22,711 bases of DNA, from assembly GCA_964565125.1 (NCBI GenBank), contig CAZMCX010000004.1:1-22711 (forward strand), written 5' to 3'. A model generated the notes under the pieces. That model was not told the origin of the DNA, did not search any database, and saw nothing but the letters and a program-made list of their open reading frames with translations. A program made the translations under genes and the position numbers. Below, piece after piece: positions 1 to 7,179 of this stretch. The stretch comes from an uncultured archaeon. Its GTDB lineage: Archaea; Iainarchaeota; Iainarchaeia; Iainarchaeales; 0-14-0-20-30-16. Positions within the stretch are counted from its first letter, which is position 1. Every line of letters begins with the position of its first letter.

Positions 1-61
1 CCATTACTGCTTTTCTTTCTTTACTATCTAAATAAGGTTTTGAAACAACAATTTTTGCCAT
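1..61 (-). CDS. DegT/DnrJ/EryC1-type sugar aminotransferase (WbpE-like), first 20 codons only; runs off the window
   Basis: ATG at 61-59 overlaps the TGA (63-61) of the upstream acetyltransferase (ATGA coupling). The translation MAKIVVSKPYLDSKERKAVM resembles the N-terminus of PLP sugar aminotransferases. It would supply the aminotransferase step that the upstream Wbp-like genes in this window (oxidoreductase, dehydrogenase, acetyltransferase) do not cover. Only 20 aa are visible. Confidence 0.4.
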   Translation of the reverse strand, partial: MAKIVVSKPYLDSKERKAVM

Positions 62-660
62 CATTTCATCTCCTTTTTACACAACAAATAAACACTTACA
101 GGTATTTTTATTATTTCACTACATTTAGAACACTTAAAATCAACTATATTAATATCCTCTTTTATTTTATTATTTAGCGGAAAGCCACATTTACAAACAA
201 ATCCTTTTACTTTTGCAGGATTGCCAACAACCAAAGAATATGGTGGCACATCCTTTGTTACAACTGCGCCAGCACCAACAACACAATATTCTCCCAATGT
301 AATCCCACAAACAATAACTGCACTTGCACCTATTGAAACTCCATCTTCAACAATAGTTTTTGTTAATCTGGAATCATCCCAATGCTCTGCACGAGGATAC
401 AAATCATTTGTAAAAGTAGCATTTGGCCCAACAAAAACATTATTACCTATAATAACACCATTATAAACATTAACATTATTTTGGAATTTACACTTGTCCC
501 CAATTACTGCACCTGAATCAATATATACATCTTTACCAACTATACAATTAGCGCCTAACTTTGACCCTGATCTTACATGTGCAAAATGCCAAATCTTTGT
601 GTTTTTTCCTATTTTTGCACCATCTTCACATATTGCAGTAGGGTGTACAAAATAATCCAT
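61..660 (-). CDS. Left-handed beta-helix (hexapeptide-repeat) sugar N-acetyltransferase, WbpD/WlbB-like, with a C-terminal 4-Cys tail
   Basis: 199-aa ORF with repeated hexapeptide pattern (IGKNTKI, LGANCIV, IGDKCKF, IGNNVFV, IGASAVI, LGEYCVV, GAGAVV). Ends in CKCG-x21-CSKC. An SD-like GAGGT lies upstream of the ATG at 660. Operon context is nucleotide-sugar enzymes. Confidence 0.85.
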   Translation of the reverse strand: MDYFVHPTAICEDGAKIGKNTKIWHFAHVRSGSKLGANCIVGKDVYIDSGAVIGDKCKFQNNVNVYNGVIIGNNVFVGPNATFTNDLYPRAEHWDDSRLTKTIVEDGVSIGASAVIVCGITLGEYCVVGAGAVVTKDVPPYSLVVGNPAKVKGFVCKCGFPLNNKIKEDINIVDFKCSKCSEIIKIPVSVYLLCKKEMK

Positions 661-671
661 TATCTCAACCT

Positions 672-1904
672 CTATTCTCCTAAAAAATTCTTTGGATCCA
701 ATATAATTTTTTTATCTTTCAATGATTTTAATTTTGAATAATATTTTTGTATTTTATTAACTACAACAATCAAATCACAAAACTCTAATTGGTCCTCAGT
801 TTGTATTTCTAAGTCCAGTTCTTTTTTTGCCAAATTTTTGTCTAGGATGTCATCAAAACCTACAACTTTATACCCCAAATCTTTTAATTTTTTAACCAGT
901 GGAATAGATCTTGCATAAGCCAAAGAATTAACGCCTTCACGATACCCCAGGCCAACAATACCAATTGTCTTTATCTTATTATTTAATGATAAGCGCAATA
1001 TTTTACTTATAAAAAAATCAACCATAGAGTCATTTACTTCTCTTGCACTTGACATTAAATTAAAATGCACATCATTCTGAAACCCGTGATAAATCACAAA
1101 CCAGGGATAAACTGGAATACAATGTCCTGAAACACCCAAGCCAGGATCTAATAAATTACAATATTGATGCTTTGCGCCGGCTTTCATATGATTGTAATCA
1201 ACATCATAAAAATCACATACCTTATAAAGTTCATTTGCAATACCCACATTTATATCACGATATACCCCTTCAACAACTTTTATTAACTCTGCTTCTCTGA
1301 TTGTTTTTGCAGGATATATAATACCACAAAACTTAGCATATAACGCTTTTACTGCATTTTCTGAATTCTTTTCATAACCCGAAACAACCTTAGGAAACTC
1401 TTTGTAACGAGAAATAGAATAACCAGTCATTATCCTTTCTGGAGAATAAGCTAAATAAAAATCTCTATCTGCGCTTAGTCCTGAGTTTTTTTCCAATATT
1501 GTTTTGAAACGGGTTTCTGTTGTCTTAGGTGGAACAGTTGTTTCCAAAACCACCAAATCTCCTTTTTTTAATTGCTTTCCAACAGCAGTATAAGCATTAT
1601 CTAAAATACTAAAATCTGGCACTTTGTTTTCAGAAATAAACAAAGGCACAATAATTATGTAAGTATTTACTTTGTCTTTCAATTCTTGTAAATTATTTGT
1701 AAAAAACAGATTTTTATTTACTCTTGCAGCCAATATTTCTTTAACACCTGGCTCTTCAGGAATTGGATTTATTTTATTTGTCAATGATTCTATTTTCTTA
1801 TTATCTATATCATAACCGTAGGTTTCAATACCAGCATTCGCAATAACACAGGCCAATGGTAACCCTGCATGCCCCAAACCAACAACACAAACCTTATAAT
1901 CCAT
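672..1904 (-). CDS. Nucleotide-sugar 6-dehydrogenase (UDP-glucose/GDP-mannose dehydrogenase family; WbpA/WecC-like)
   Basis: N-terminal Rossmann motif VCVVGLGHAGLP and catalytic-Cys signature PGLGVSGHCIPVYP. The ORF track starts at GTG 1913. I prefer ATG 1904, which is preceded by GTGATTTTA (SD-like). Confidence 0.85.
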   Translation of the reverse strand: MDYKVCVVGLGHAGLPLACVIANAGIETYGYDIDNKKIESLTNKINPIPEEPGVKEILAARVNKNLFFTNNLQELKDKVNTYIIIVPLFISENKVPDFSILDNAYTAVGKQLKKGDLVVLETTVPPKTTETRFKTILEKNSGLSADRDFYLAYSPERIMTGYSISRYKEFPKVVSGYEKNSENAVKALYAKFCGIIYPAKTIREAELIKVVEGVYRDINVGIANELYKVCDFYDVDYNHMKAGAKHQYCNLLDPGLGVSGHCIPVYPWFVIYHGFQNDVHFNLMSSAREVNDSMVDFFISKILRLSLNNKIKTIGIVGLGYREGVNSLAYARSIPLVKKLKDLGYKVVGFDDILDKNLAKKELDLEIQTEDQLEFCDLIVVVNKIQKYYSKLKSLKDKKIILDPKNFLGE

Positions 1905-1909
1905 TAAAA

Positions 1910-2902
1910 TCACTTTTTAAAATTTTCCTTCAGGTGTTCTAAAAGAATTATTCCATTTAAGGCATCATCTATAGTTACATATGGTTTTTCTTTACCAGAA
2001 ATGCTGTTTAAGAAGTTATTTATTTCCATTAAAAGGGGCTCTTTTTTTTCAACAATTATTTTTCTTTCTTCACCAACAGTAACACCTGTCAATATTTCTT
2101 GATAGTCTATATTCTCTCTATGTTTTCCATTTTCATAAAAGGTGATTTCTTGTGTAATATAATCTAAACTCAGCAACCCTTTTTTTCCACAAATGTACAA
2201 TTTTCTTATTTTTGTAGGAGATAAAATATCTGTAGATAAATTTATTACAATATTTTCTTTTGTTTTCATTAAAACTCTTATAATATCTGGATCTTTTTTA
2301 TTTATGAAATTGTGCGTCTGTAAACAAGCATGACTCACACAGTCTCCCATCTTGCCAAGCAAGTAGTTTATTATTTCTAAATCATGAATTCCTAAATCAG
2401 TTAAAACATCTACATCCACCACACCTGGGGGATAAGGTCCTTGCCTTAAGATATTCATATAAAATATTTTTCCTAACTCTCCTTTAAAGACCAAATCTAT
2501 TACTTTTCTCACTGCTGGGTTATATCTCTCAATCTGACCAACAACACAAACAACACCCGCTTTTTTGATAATATCTCTAATTTCTTCTGCTTCTTTAACA
2601 TTGTGTGCAGCGGGTTTTTCTAGTAAAATATTAATTTTCTTTTGTGCTATTTTTTCTACTACTGCTTTATGCAACATAGTAGGAACACATATTGAGACAC
2701 CATCTAACTGTTCATTAGTTAGCATTTCATCCAAATCATAATAGGCTTTGCACTTATATTTTCCTGCAAACTCGTCGCATCTTTCTTTGTTAGAGTCACA
2801 TATTGCAACTAGTTCAACATCTGGTCTTTCAAAATAAATTCTGGCATGATTTTTACCCATATTACCTACACCAATTACCGCAATTTTTGGCACATTACTC
2901 AC
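1910..2902 (-). CDS. Gfo/Idh/MocA-family NAD-dependent oxidoreductase (WbpB-like UDP-sugar 3-dehydrogenase)
   Basis: KIAVIGVGNMGKNHARIY Rossmann motif close to the N-terminus and the conserved EKP motif (LLEKPAAHN). The ORF track starts at TTG 2923. GTG at 2902 is preceded by GGTGATTTT and puts the Rossmann fold at the N-terminus. Confidence 0.8.
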   Translation of the reverse strand: MSNVPKIAVIGVGNMGKNHARIYFERPDVELVAICDSNKERCDEFAGKYKCKAYYDLDEMLTNEQLDGVSICVPTMLHKAVVEKIAQKKINILLEKPAAHNVKEAEEIRDIIKKAGVVCVVGQIERYNPAVRKVIDLVFKGELGKIFYMNILRQGPYPPGVVDVDVLTDLGIHDLEIINYLLGKMGDCVSHACLQTHNFINKKDPDIIRVLMKTKENIVINLSTDILSPTKIRKLYICGKKGLLSLDYITQEITFYENGKHRENIDYQEILTGVTVGEERKIIVEKKEPLLMEINNFLNSISGKEKPYVTIDDALNGIILLEHLKENFKK

Positions 2903-3033
2903 AAAATCACCTACGTTAGTCAAAGATATAAAAAAAATAGAAAATGCTAAATTTTTGTTCGTGTAAAAAGCTTTCCGTTAAAAGACAGCCAATTAATATT
3001 AATAATATCCATTTTATTTATAAAGGTTGCTTT

Positions 3034-4224
3034 TTATCTCCCACTCACAATCTCAATAACATCTCTATTCTTCAGTTTATGCTCTTTTCCAACCATCATC
3101 TTGGTTTTAACAAGAATTGCCTTTATGAACTTATTTCCTAAATCCGAATGTATGTGGAAAGCAAAGTCCAAAGCAGTTGATTCTGGGGGCAAAAGAAAAC
3201 AATCTGGAAGCACATTTCCGTCCTTATCTGCCAACTTATTTACCCCACCTGGGAATATAGCTAAATAATTCAAAAGGTTAAACACAGACTTATCCATGAT
3301 CTCCTGAACCCCTGTGAACCCATACTTTTCCAGTATCTTGATTTTTATAAATTTTAAAGCTTTTGCTTGTTTTTCGCTAAGTTTGGATTCTTCCTTTATT
3401 TCAAAAGTATTTGCTCCAGGCAAGTAATCTATAAGCCCAACTTTATCCGCTTCCTTTAAGGCAAGCTCACTTTCAGCAGAAACAGGAACTATAAGCAAAT
3501 CAGGATATTTTTCTTTTATCCTTTTAATATTATTCTCAGCAGTAGGTAAGTCAACCTTATTTGCAGCAATAACTATTGGTTTAGATATTTTTCTAAGATT
3601 TTTTACAAAGGTTTTTTTCTGGTCAACATTCCATTCGAGCATTTGCTTTGGATAATCCTTTATCACCGCTTCCACTTGATAACGCTTTATGCCCAAGCCT
3701 GAAACCATTTCTGCCAAAGCATCCTCTATTTTCTGCTTCTTTGCTGCTTGGGCCTTTCCGGCTTTATCCCAGTTAGAATCCAAGATTCCAAAGATCCACA
3801 TATCAAGTTCAAATTCCAAGAATTCAATATCTTTTAAAGGATCATAGCCCCCCATAGCTACAGGCTCTCCTTTTTCGTTTACAGAGCCGGCAATATCAAC
3901 TACATGTATTAAGGCATCAGCCTTTCTCAAATCATCCAAGAATTTATTTCCTAAACCTTTTCCTTCATGGGCTCCAGGAACCAGACCTGCAACATCAACA
4001 ACTTCTACAGGCACAAACCTTATTCCCTTTTTACAGTATCCAACTCTCGGATTACATTGTACTCCTAGTTCTTTGTCAACACATTCAACTCTTACAAACC
4101 CAACCCCTTTGTTTGGCTCGATGGTCGTAAAAGGATAATTTGCTGCTTCTGCCTTTGCCATAGTCAGAGCTTTAAAAAAAGTACTTTTTCCCACATTTGG
4201 TTTTCCAACAATACCTACAAGCAT
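3034..4224 (-). CDS. ychF: Obg-like/YchF-family P-loop GTPase/ATPase, archaeal type with TGS-like C-terminus
   Basis: G1 GKPNVGKST, G3 DVAGLV, G4 NKVD. The 396-aa length and C-terminal ...KNRDVIEIV are typical of the archaeal YchF-like family. The ATG is preceded by GTGATATAA. Confidence 0.8.
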   Translation of the reverse strand: MLVGIVGKPNVGKSTFFKALTMAKAEAANYPFTTIEPNKGVGFVRVECVDKELGVQCNPRVGYCKKGIRFVPVEVVDVAGLVPGAHEGKGLGNKFLDDLRKADALIHVVDIAGSVNEKGEPVAMGGYDPLKDIEFLEFELDMWIFGILDSNWDKAGKAQAAKKQKIEDALAEMVSGLGIKRYQVEAVIKDYPKQMLEWNVDQKKTFVKNLRKISKPIVIAANKVDLPTAENNIKRIKEKYPDLLIVPVSAESELALKEADKVGLIDYLPGANTFEIKEESKLSEKQAKALKFIKIKILEKYGFTGVQEIMDKSVFNLLNYLAIFPGGVNKLADKDGNVLPDCFLLPPESTALDFAFHIHSDLGNKFIKAILVKTKMMVGKEHKLKNRDVIEIVSGR

Positions 4225-4258
4225 TTATATCACATCTAAATTGTATGGTGGGAAATAT

Positions 4259-4993
4259 TTATATTAAACTAGTTCTTTGCAAATATGCTAAAACACCATC
4301 TTTTACTTTTCCATAAGGGATTTGCTTTGACAACAAAGGCTTTAAATCCCGGTTATACTGGCTCTCAGAAGTTAACTCTAGTTTTGTTTTATGTATTTTC
4401 TTTTTTACACAGGCCACATCTAATTCAATAATACTTTTGTAGAAAAAAACATCATATAAGTCTCGGCCTTTATTTCTGTCAAACAAAGTAGAAACTTTTT
4501 CTGCAAATCTCTCTTCAAGAGACATTGTTTTTACTAAACAAGACGGAATATCTACAAAATCCGATACCAAACTCAAATATTCTGGCTCTTTTTCTAAACC
4601 TTGCCTGTAACCTGCATCAATTCTTATGGAATTCATTGAATCTCTTCTACCCGAATACAAAGGTCCTTTAAACATTAGTGTCAAAGTATAAGCATTCTCA
4701 AAAATCTCTTCTTTCTTTATTTCATAAGAAATACCATAATCCCCATATCCCTTGATTACTTCATTTATTTGCTCCTTAAAGGCTTGTGGGCTCTTTAAAT
4801 AAAAATCTAAATCTTCAGAAAACCGATTTAAACCATTAAAGAATCTAAAAGATGTCCCACCTTTAAAAATAGCATCGTCATAAACATTATAATAAAGATA
4901 TAAAAACACTTTAAGCAAATATTCTTTTTCTGCTTGCCACAGATTTAATTTATGTTTTCTTGCATAGTTTTTTAGCTCTGTTACCGAAATCAC
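4259..4993 (-). CDS. abiEii: AbiEii/DUF1814-family nucleotidyltransferase toxin (type IV toxin-antitoxin)
   Basis: Pol-beta NTase signature FKGGTSFRFFNGLNRFSEDLDF near the N-terminus; 244 aa. The GTG start at 4993 directly abuts the TAG (4996-4994) of the upstream AbiEi-like gene. Confidence 0.75.
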   Translation of the reverse strand: MISVTELKNYARKHKLNLWQAEKEYLLKVFLYLYYNVYDDAIFKGGTSFRFFNGLNRFSEDLDFYLKSPQAFKEQINEVIKGYGDYGISYEIKKEEIFENAYTLTLMFKGPLYSGRRDSMNSIRIDAGYRQGLEKEPEYLSLVSDFVDIPSCLVKTMSLEERFAEKVSTLFDRNKGRDLYDVFFYKSIIELDVACVKKKIHKTKLELTSESQYNRDLKPLLSKQIPYGKVKDGVLAYLQRTSLI

Positions 4994-5584
4994 CTATATC
5001 AACCCTACAACATCTAATTTTTCTTTTATTTCTTTATATTTCTTTTTTGAAGGAATCCTTTTTAAGTAAACCCTAAAGGCAGATTTACTTAATTTTTCAC
5101 CGTTAATACATACTTTAAGTGTATCCAATGTGATTAAATTAAACCATAATAAATCAAATATTGTTTTCTCTTTTGTAGCAATTGGAAATCCTATATCCTT
5201 ATATCCCAAAAATAAGTTACTATCTATATAATGTAGATCTATTTTATCTATAGATCGCCTACGTTTTGAAGTAACTAAGTGTATATTCATAGGCACTTGC
5301 TCAGTAAATCCATAATAAGAAAATGCAGTCCACAAAGAAACATAAGATGGTGCAAACACATCAGTATAAACTTTAAAATCATTCTTTACTGCTGTATCAA
5401 TTACATATGTTCCTTTCTTTAAAGCAGTGGTATGCCCTTTCTCTAACAAACTTTTTGTTAAGTAATAAGCGGTATTAATAGACATATCTCTTACTTTTCT
5501 TAAATCAGATACTTTAAATACTACTTTATTTTTAGATAAAAGTTTCTCTAAAACATCTGCTTCCAACTTACTTAATGATTTCAT
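4994..5584 (-). CDS. abiEi: AbiEi-like antitoxin/transcriptional regulator (winged-HTH N-terminus)
   Basis: 196-aa ORF immediately upstream of and abutting the AbiEii-like gene. The N-terminal segment (LSKLEADVLEKLLSKNKVVFKVSDLRKV...NTAYYLTKSLLEKGHTTALKKGTYVI) looks like the AbiEi wHTH. Assignment rests on family resemblance and synteny. Confidence 0.65.
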   Translation of the reverse strand: MKSLSKLEADVLEKLLSKNKVVFKVSDLRKVRDMSINTAYYLTKSLLEKGHTTALKKGTYVIDTAVKNDFKVYTDVFAPSYVSLWTAFSYYGFTEQVPMNIHLVTSKRRRSIDKIDLHYIDSNLFLGYKDIGFPIATKEKTIFDLLWFNLITLDTLKVCINGEKLSKSAFRVYLKRIPSKKKYKEIKEKLDVVGLI

Positions 5585-5604
5585 ATAAAAATAGTAGATT
5601 AAAA

Positions 5605-5616
5605 CCTTTATAATGC
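5605..5616 (-). promoter_or_regulatory. Archaeal TATA box (minus sense GCATTATAAAGG) for the AbiE pair; implies a leaderless or near-leaderless mRNA
   Basis: TATA-like element 21-32 nt upstream of the ATG at 5584. It is flanked by two copies of TCTACTA (minus sense; plus-strand tagtaga at 5592-5598 and 5628-5634). Confidence 0.4.
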
Positions 5617-5662
5617 TTTCTACGTTTTAGTAGAAATTACACTAAAATGTTAATAGTGTAGT

Positions 5663-5866
5663 TTACATCTTATCTAGTATTTCTTTATTTTTTATTCCAT
5701 ATAATTTAGCAAGTTTTTCTTTTCCATTGGGAAGTGCTAACATTCGCTCTTTCCAAGCATAATGTTTCTCAAATATTGCATTTATAAATCTTGTATGCTG
5801 TTTTTTCCATTTTGTAGGGTTTTCCCTTACATAGGTTGCCCAACGAACAATAAAATCATCAGTCAT
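5663..5866 (-). CDS. Hypothetical 67-aa protein, translationally coupled to the upstream nucleotidyltransferase
   Basis: ATG 5866-5864 overlaps the TGA 5865-5863 of the upstream gene (ATGA). Trp/Lys-rich, and I recognise no motif. Confidence 0.5.
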   Translation of the reverse strand: MTDDFIVRWATYVRENPTKWKKQHTRFINAIFEKHYAWKERMLALPNGKEKLAKLYGIKNKEILDKM

Positions 5867-6414
5867 AGCCTATACCTTCTTATTAACCCTTTATATTTGT
5901 TAATTTCTTGTTCATTAACTAAATTTGGATAAACCAGCCTTATATGTTGTGCATCTTCTAAATCTTTTTTGGATTTCAACAGCCCTTCTTTAAAGGCAAT
6001 ACAAACATTAACTGAAGAAAACCATACATTCAATCCAGTCAAGGCATATCTTTGTCTATTTTCTATTTGAATTTCATCTAATTTATCTTTTGCAAATTTT
6101 AGTTCCATATTTGGCAAAAACTTTCCCTTATAAATATATCTTAGTGATAGATTTTCCTTTAAATAATCATTATATATTTCTTCTAGAGTTCCTGGTTGCA
6201 TACTAGAAAAGCCAGCCTTTTTTAGTTCCTCATGGAATAACTTATATTTTTCAAGGGGTAACTGTTCTATAATTATATCCACATCTTCTGTTCCTCTTGT
6301 TCTTCCTGAAGCAATTGCAAAGAAACCAGACACCACAATATACTTTGCATGTTTCTCAACAATAGAACAAAATTTCAACACAAAATCATCAAGAATATTC
6401 CTATCTGCAATCAT
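5863..6414 (-). CDS. Pol-beta superfamily nucleotidyltransferase, minimal NTase fold plus C-terminal helical region (resembles archaeal DUF2204-like proteins)
   Basis: The signature VVSGFFAIASGRTRGTEDVDIII fits [GS]-x(9-13)-D-h-D. 183 aa. A TATA-like element lies about 40 nt upstream. Confidence 0.6.
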   Translation of the reverse strand: MIADRNILDDFVLKFCSIVEKHAKYIVVSGFFAIASGRTRGTEDVDIIIEQLPLEKYKLFHEELKKAGFSSMQPGTLEEIYNDYLKENLSLRYIYKGKFLPNMELKFAKDKLDEIQIENRQRYALTGLNVWFSSVNVCIAFKEGLLKSKKDLEDAQHIRLVYPNLVNEQEINKYKGLIRRYRL

Positions 6415-6450
6415 ATATTATATAAAAATAGCAAAAATAATAAAAAGGAT

Positions 6451-6462
6451 GGCTTATAAAGA
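6451..6462 (-). promoter_or_regulatory. TATA-like element (minus sense TCTTTATAAGCC) upstream of the NTase gene
   Basis: Matches the CTTTATAA-type element recurring upstream of several minus-strand genes in this window; 37-48 nt upstream of ATG 6414. Confidence 0.35.
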
Positions 6463-6481
6463 TTTGATTAAACTATTCTGA

Positions 6482-7161
6482 CTATTCTTGCTTGTGGTAT
6501 TCCTCAAGTAAATCAAGCCATAACCGATCCATTTTTTTATAATACTTAAGTGATTTCATTATTTGCCTGTCAATTTGAAAAACTTGTCGTCTTTCAGCAG
6601 ATACCTGGCGCCCCCAATGCCCATTTGGATAAAATGTATATCTTACGCCGCCATGTTCAAAAGTCAGAGGTTCATTTCCAGAAAAAGTTCTTGTCAAAGC
6701 GTCTATTAAATAACGATACTCTCTAAGTCTGGATCTACTTGATATCAAATATTGTAAAGAAGAAGTGCCAATAAATTGCATACATCTGTTAAAAGTTCTT
6801 TTTTTTCCCAAGATGCTTTGGATATTTGATTTAATTTCCCTAACCTCGCGCGTTCTGCATCCAAACCCCGCAGCACTTTTGTAACGCCAGTTTTATCTCT
6901 TATCTTTACATAATCTTTTTGGTATTTTCTGTGATTTCGGAACTCAATAACCCTGTGCTCTATTTCTTCCACAACATAAGGCAATCCCTCTTTCTTTACT
7001 TGTCTTGCACGTTGGTTATTTAGTTCAACCCAGCCACAATCAGGCACAGTAAGCTTTTCTTTTCATCCTGCCACAATTCCCTGATCTTTTGCTACTTTCA
7101 TAGCCTCTCGCCGGTTTCTAAAAGTAGTAATCATTTGCCTAACTATATTTGGTCTCGCCAT
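6482..7161 (-). pseudogene. Interrupted gene of unknown function: three collinear segments separated by an in-frame TGA and a -1 frame change. Either a pseudogene or a recoded gene.
   Basis: ATG at 7161 gives MARPNIVRQMITTFRNRREAMKVAKDQGIVAG, then TGA (7065-7063). The same frame continues KEKLTVPDCGW...SWEKKE. The 109-aa ORF (track start is only a TTG) lies in the -1 frame and overlaps at an A8 run. Local G+C-rich runs (ctggcgcccccaatgccc, cctcgcgcgttctgc) look unlike the surrounding genes. Confidence 0.5.
6799..6806 (-). promoter_or_regulatory. A8 run containing an A_AAA_AAA slippery heptamer in the zero frame (candidate -1 frameshift site or simple homopolymer indel)
   Basis: The zero frame reads UGG GAA AAA AAA GAA. 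A -1 slip gives ...AAA AAA AGA ACU UUU, which is exactly the downstream 109-aa frame (KKRTFNRCM...). Confidence 0.4.
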
Positions 7162-7179
7162 AAAATCAATCCTAAATTA

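Noticed and set aside
221-3141. Plus-strand ORFs 221-466 and 2944-3141
   Set aside because: The first is antisense to the acetyltransferase. The second spans an intergenic region and the 3' end of the ychF-like gene. Neither has a motif or a plausible start context.
5663-5866. HEPN-domain partner for the neighbouring nucleotidyltransferase
   Set aside because: At 67 aa the protein is too short, and it lacks an Rx4-6H motif. The only R...H spacing is R-x9-H.
7063-7065. In-frame TGA as evidence for an alternative genetic code (UGA sense)
   Set aside because: Several well-supported genes in the window terminate at TGA at the expected protein length: the acetyltransferase at 61-63, the oxidoreductase at 1910-1912, the alpha subunit at 9156-9158, and the NTase at 5863-5865. 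TGA is therefore a stop codon here.
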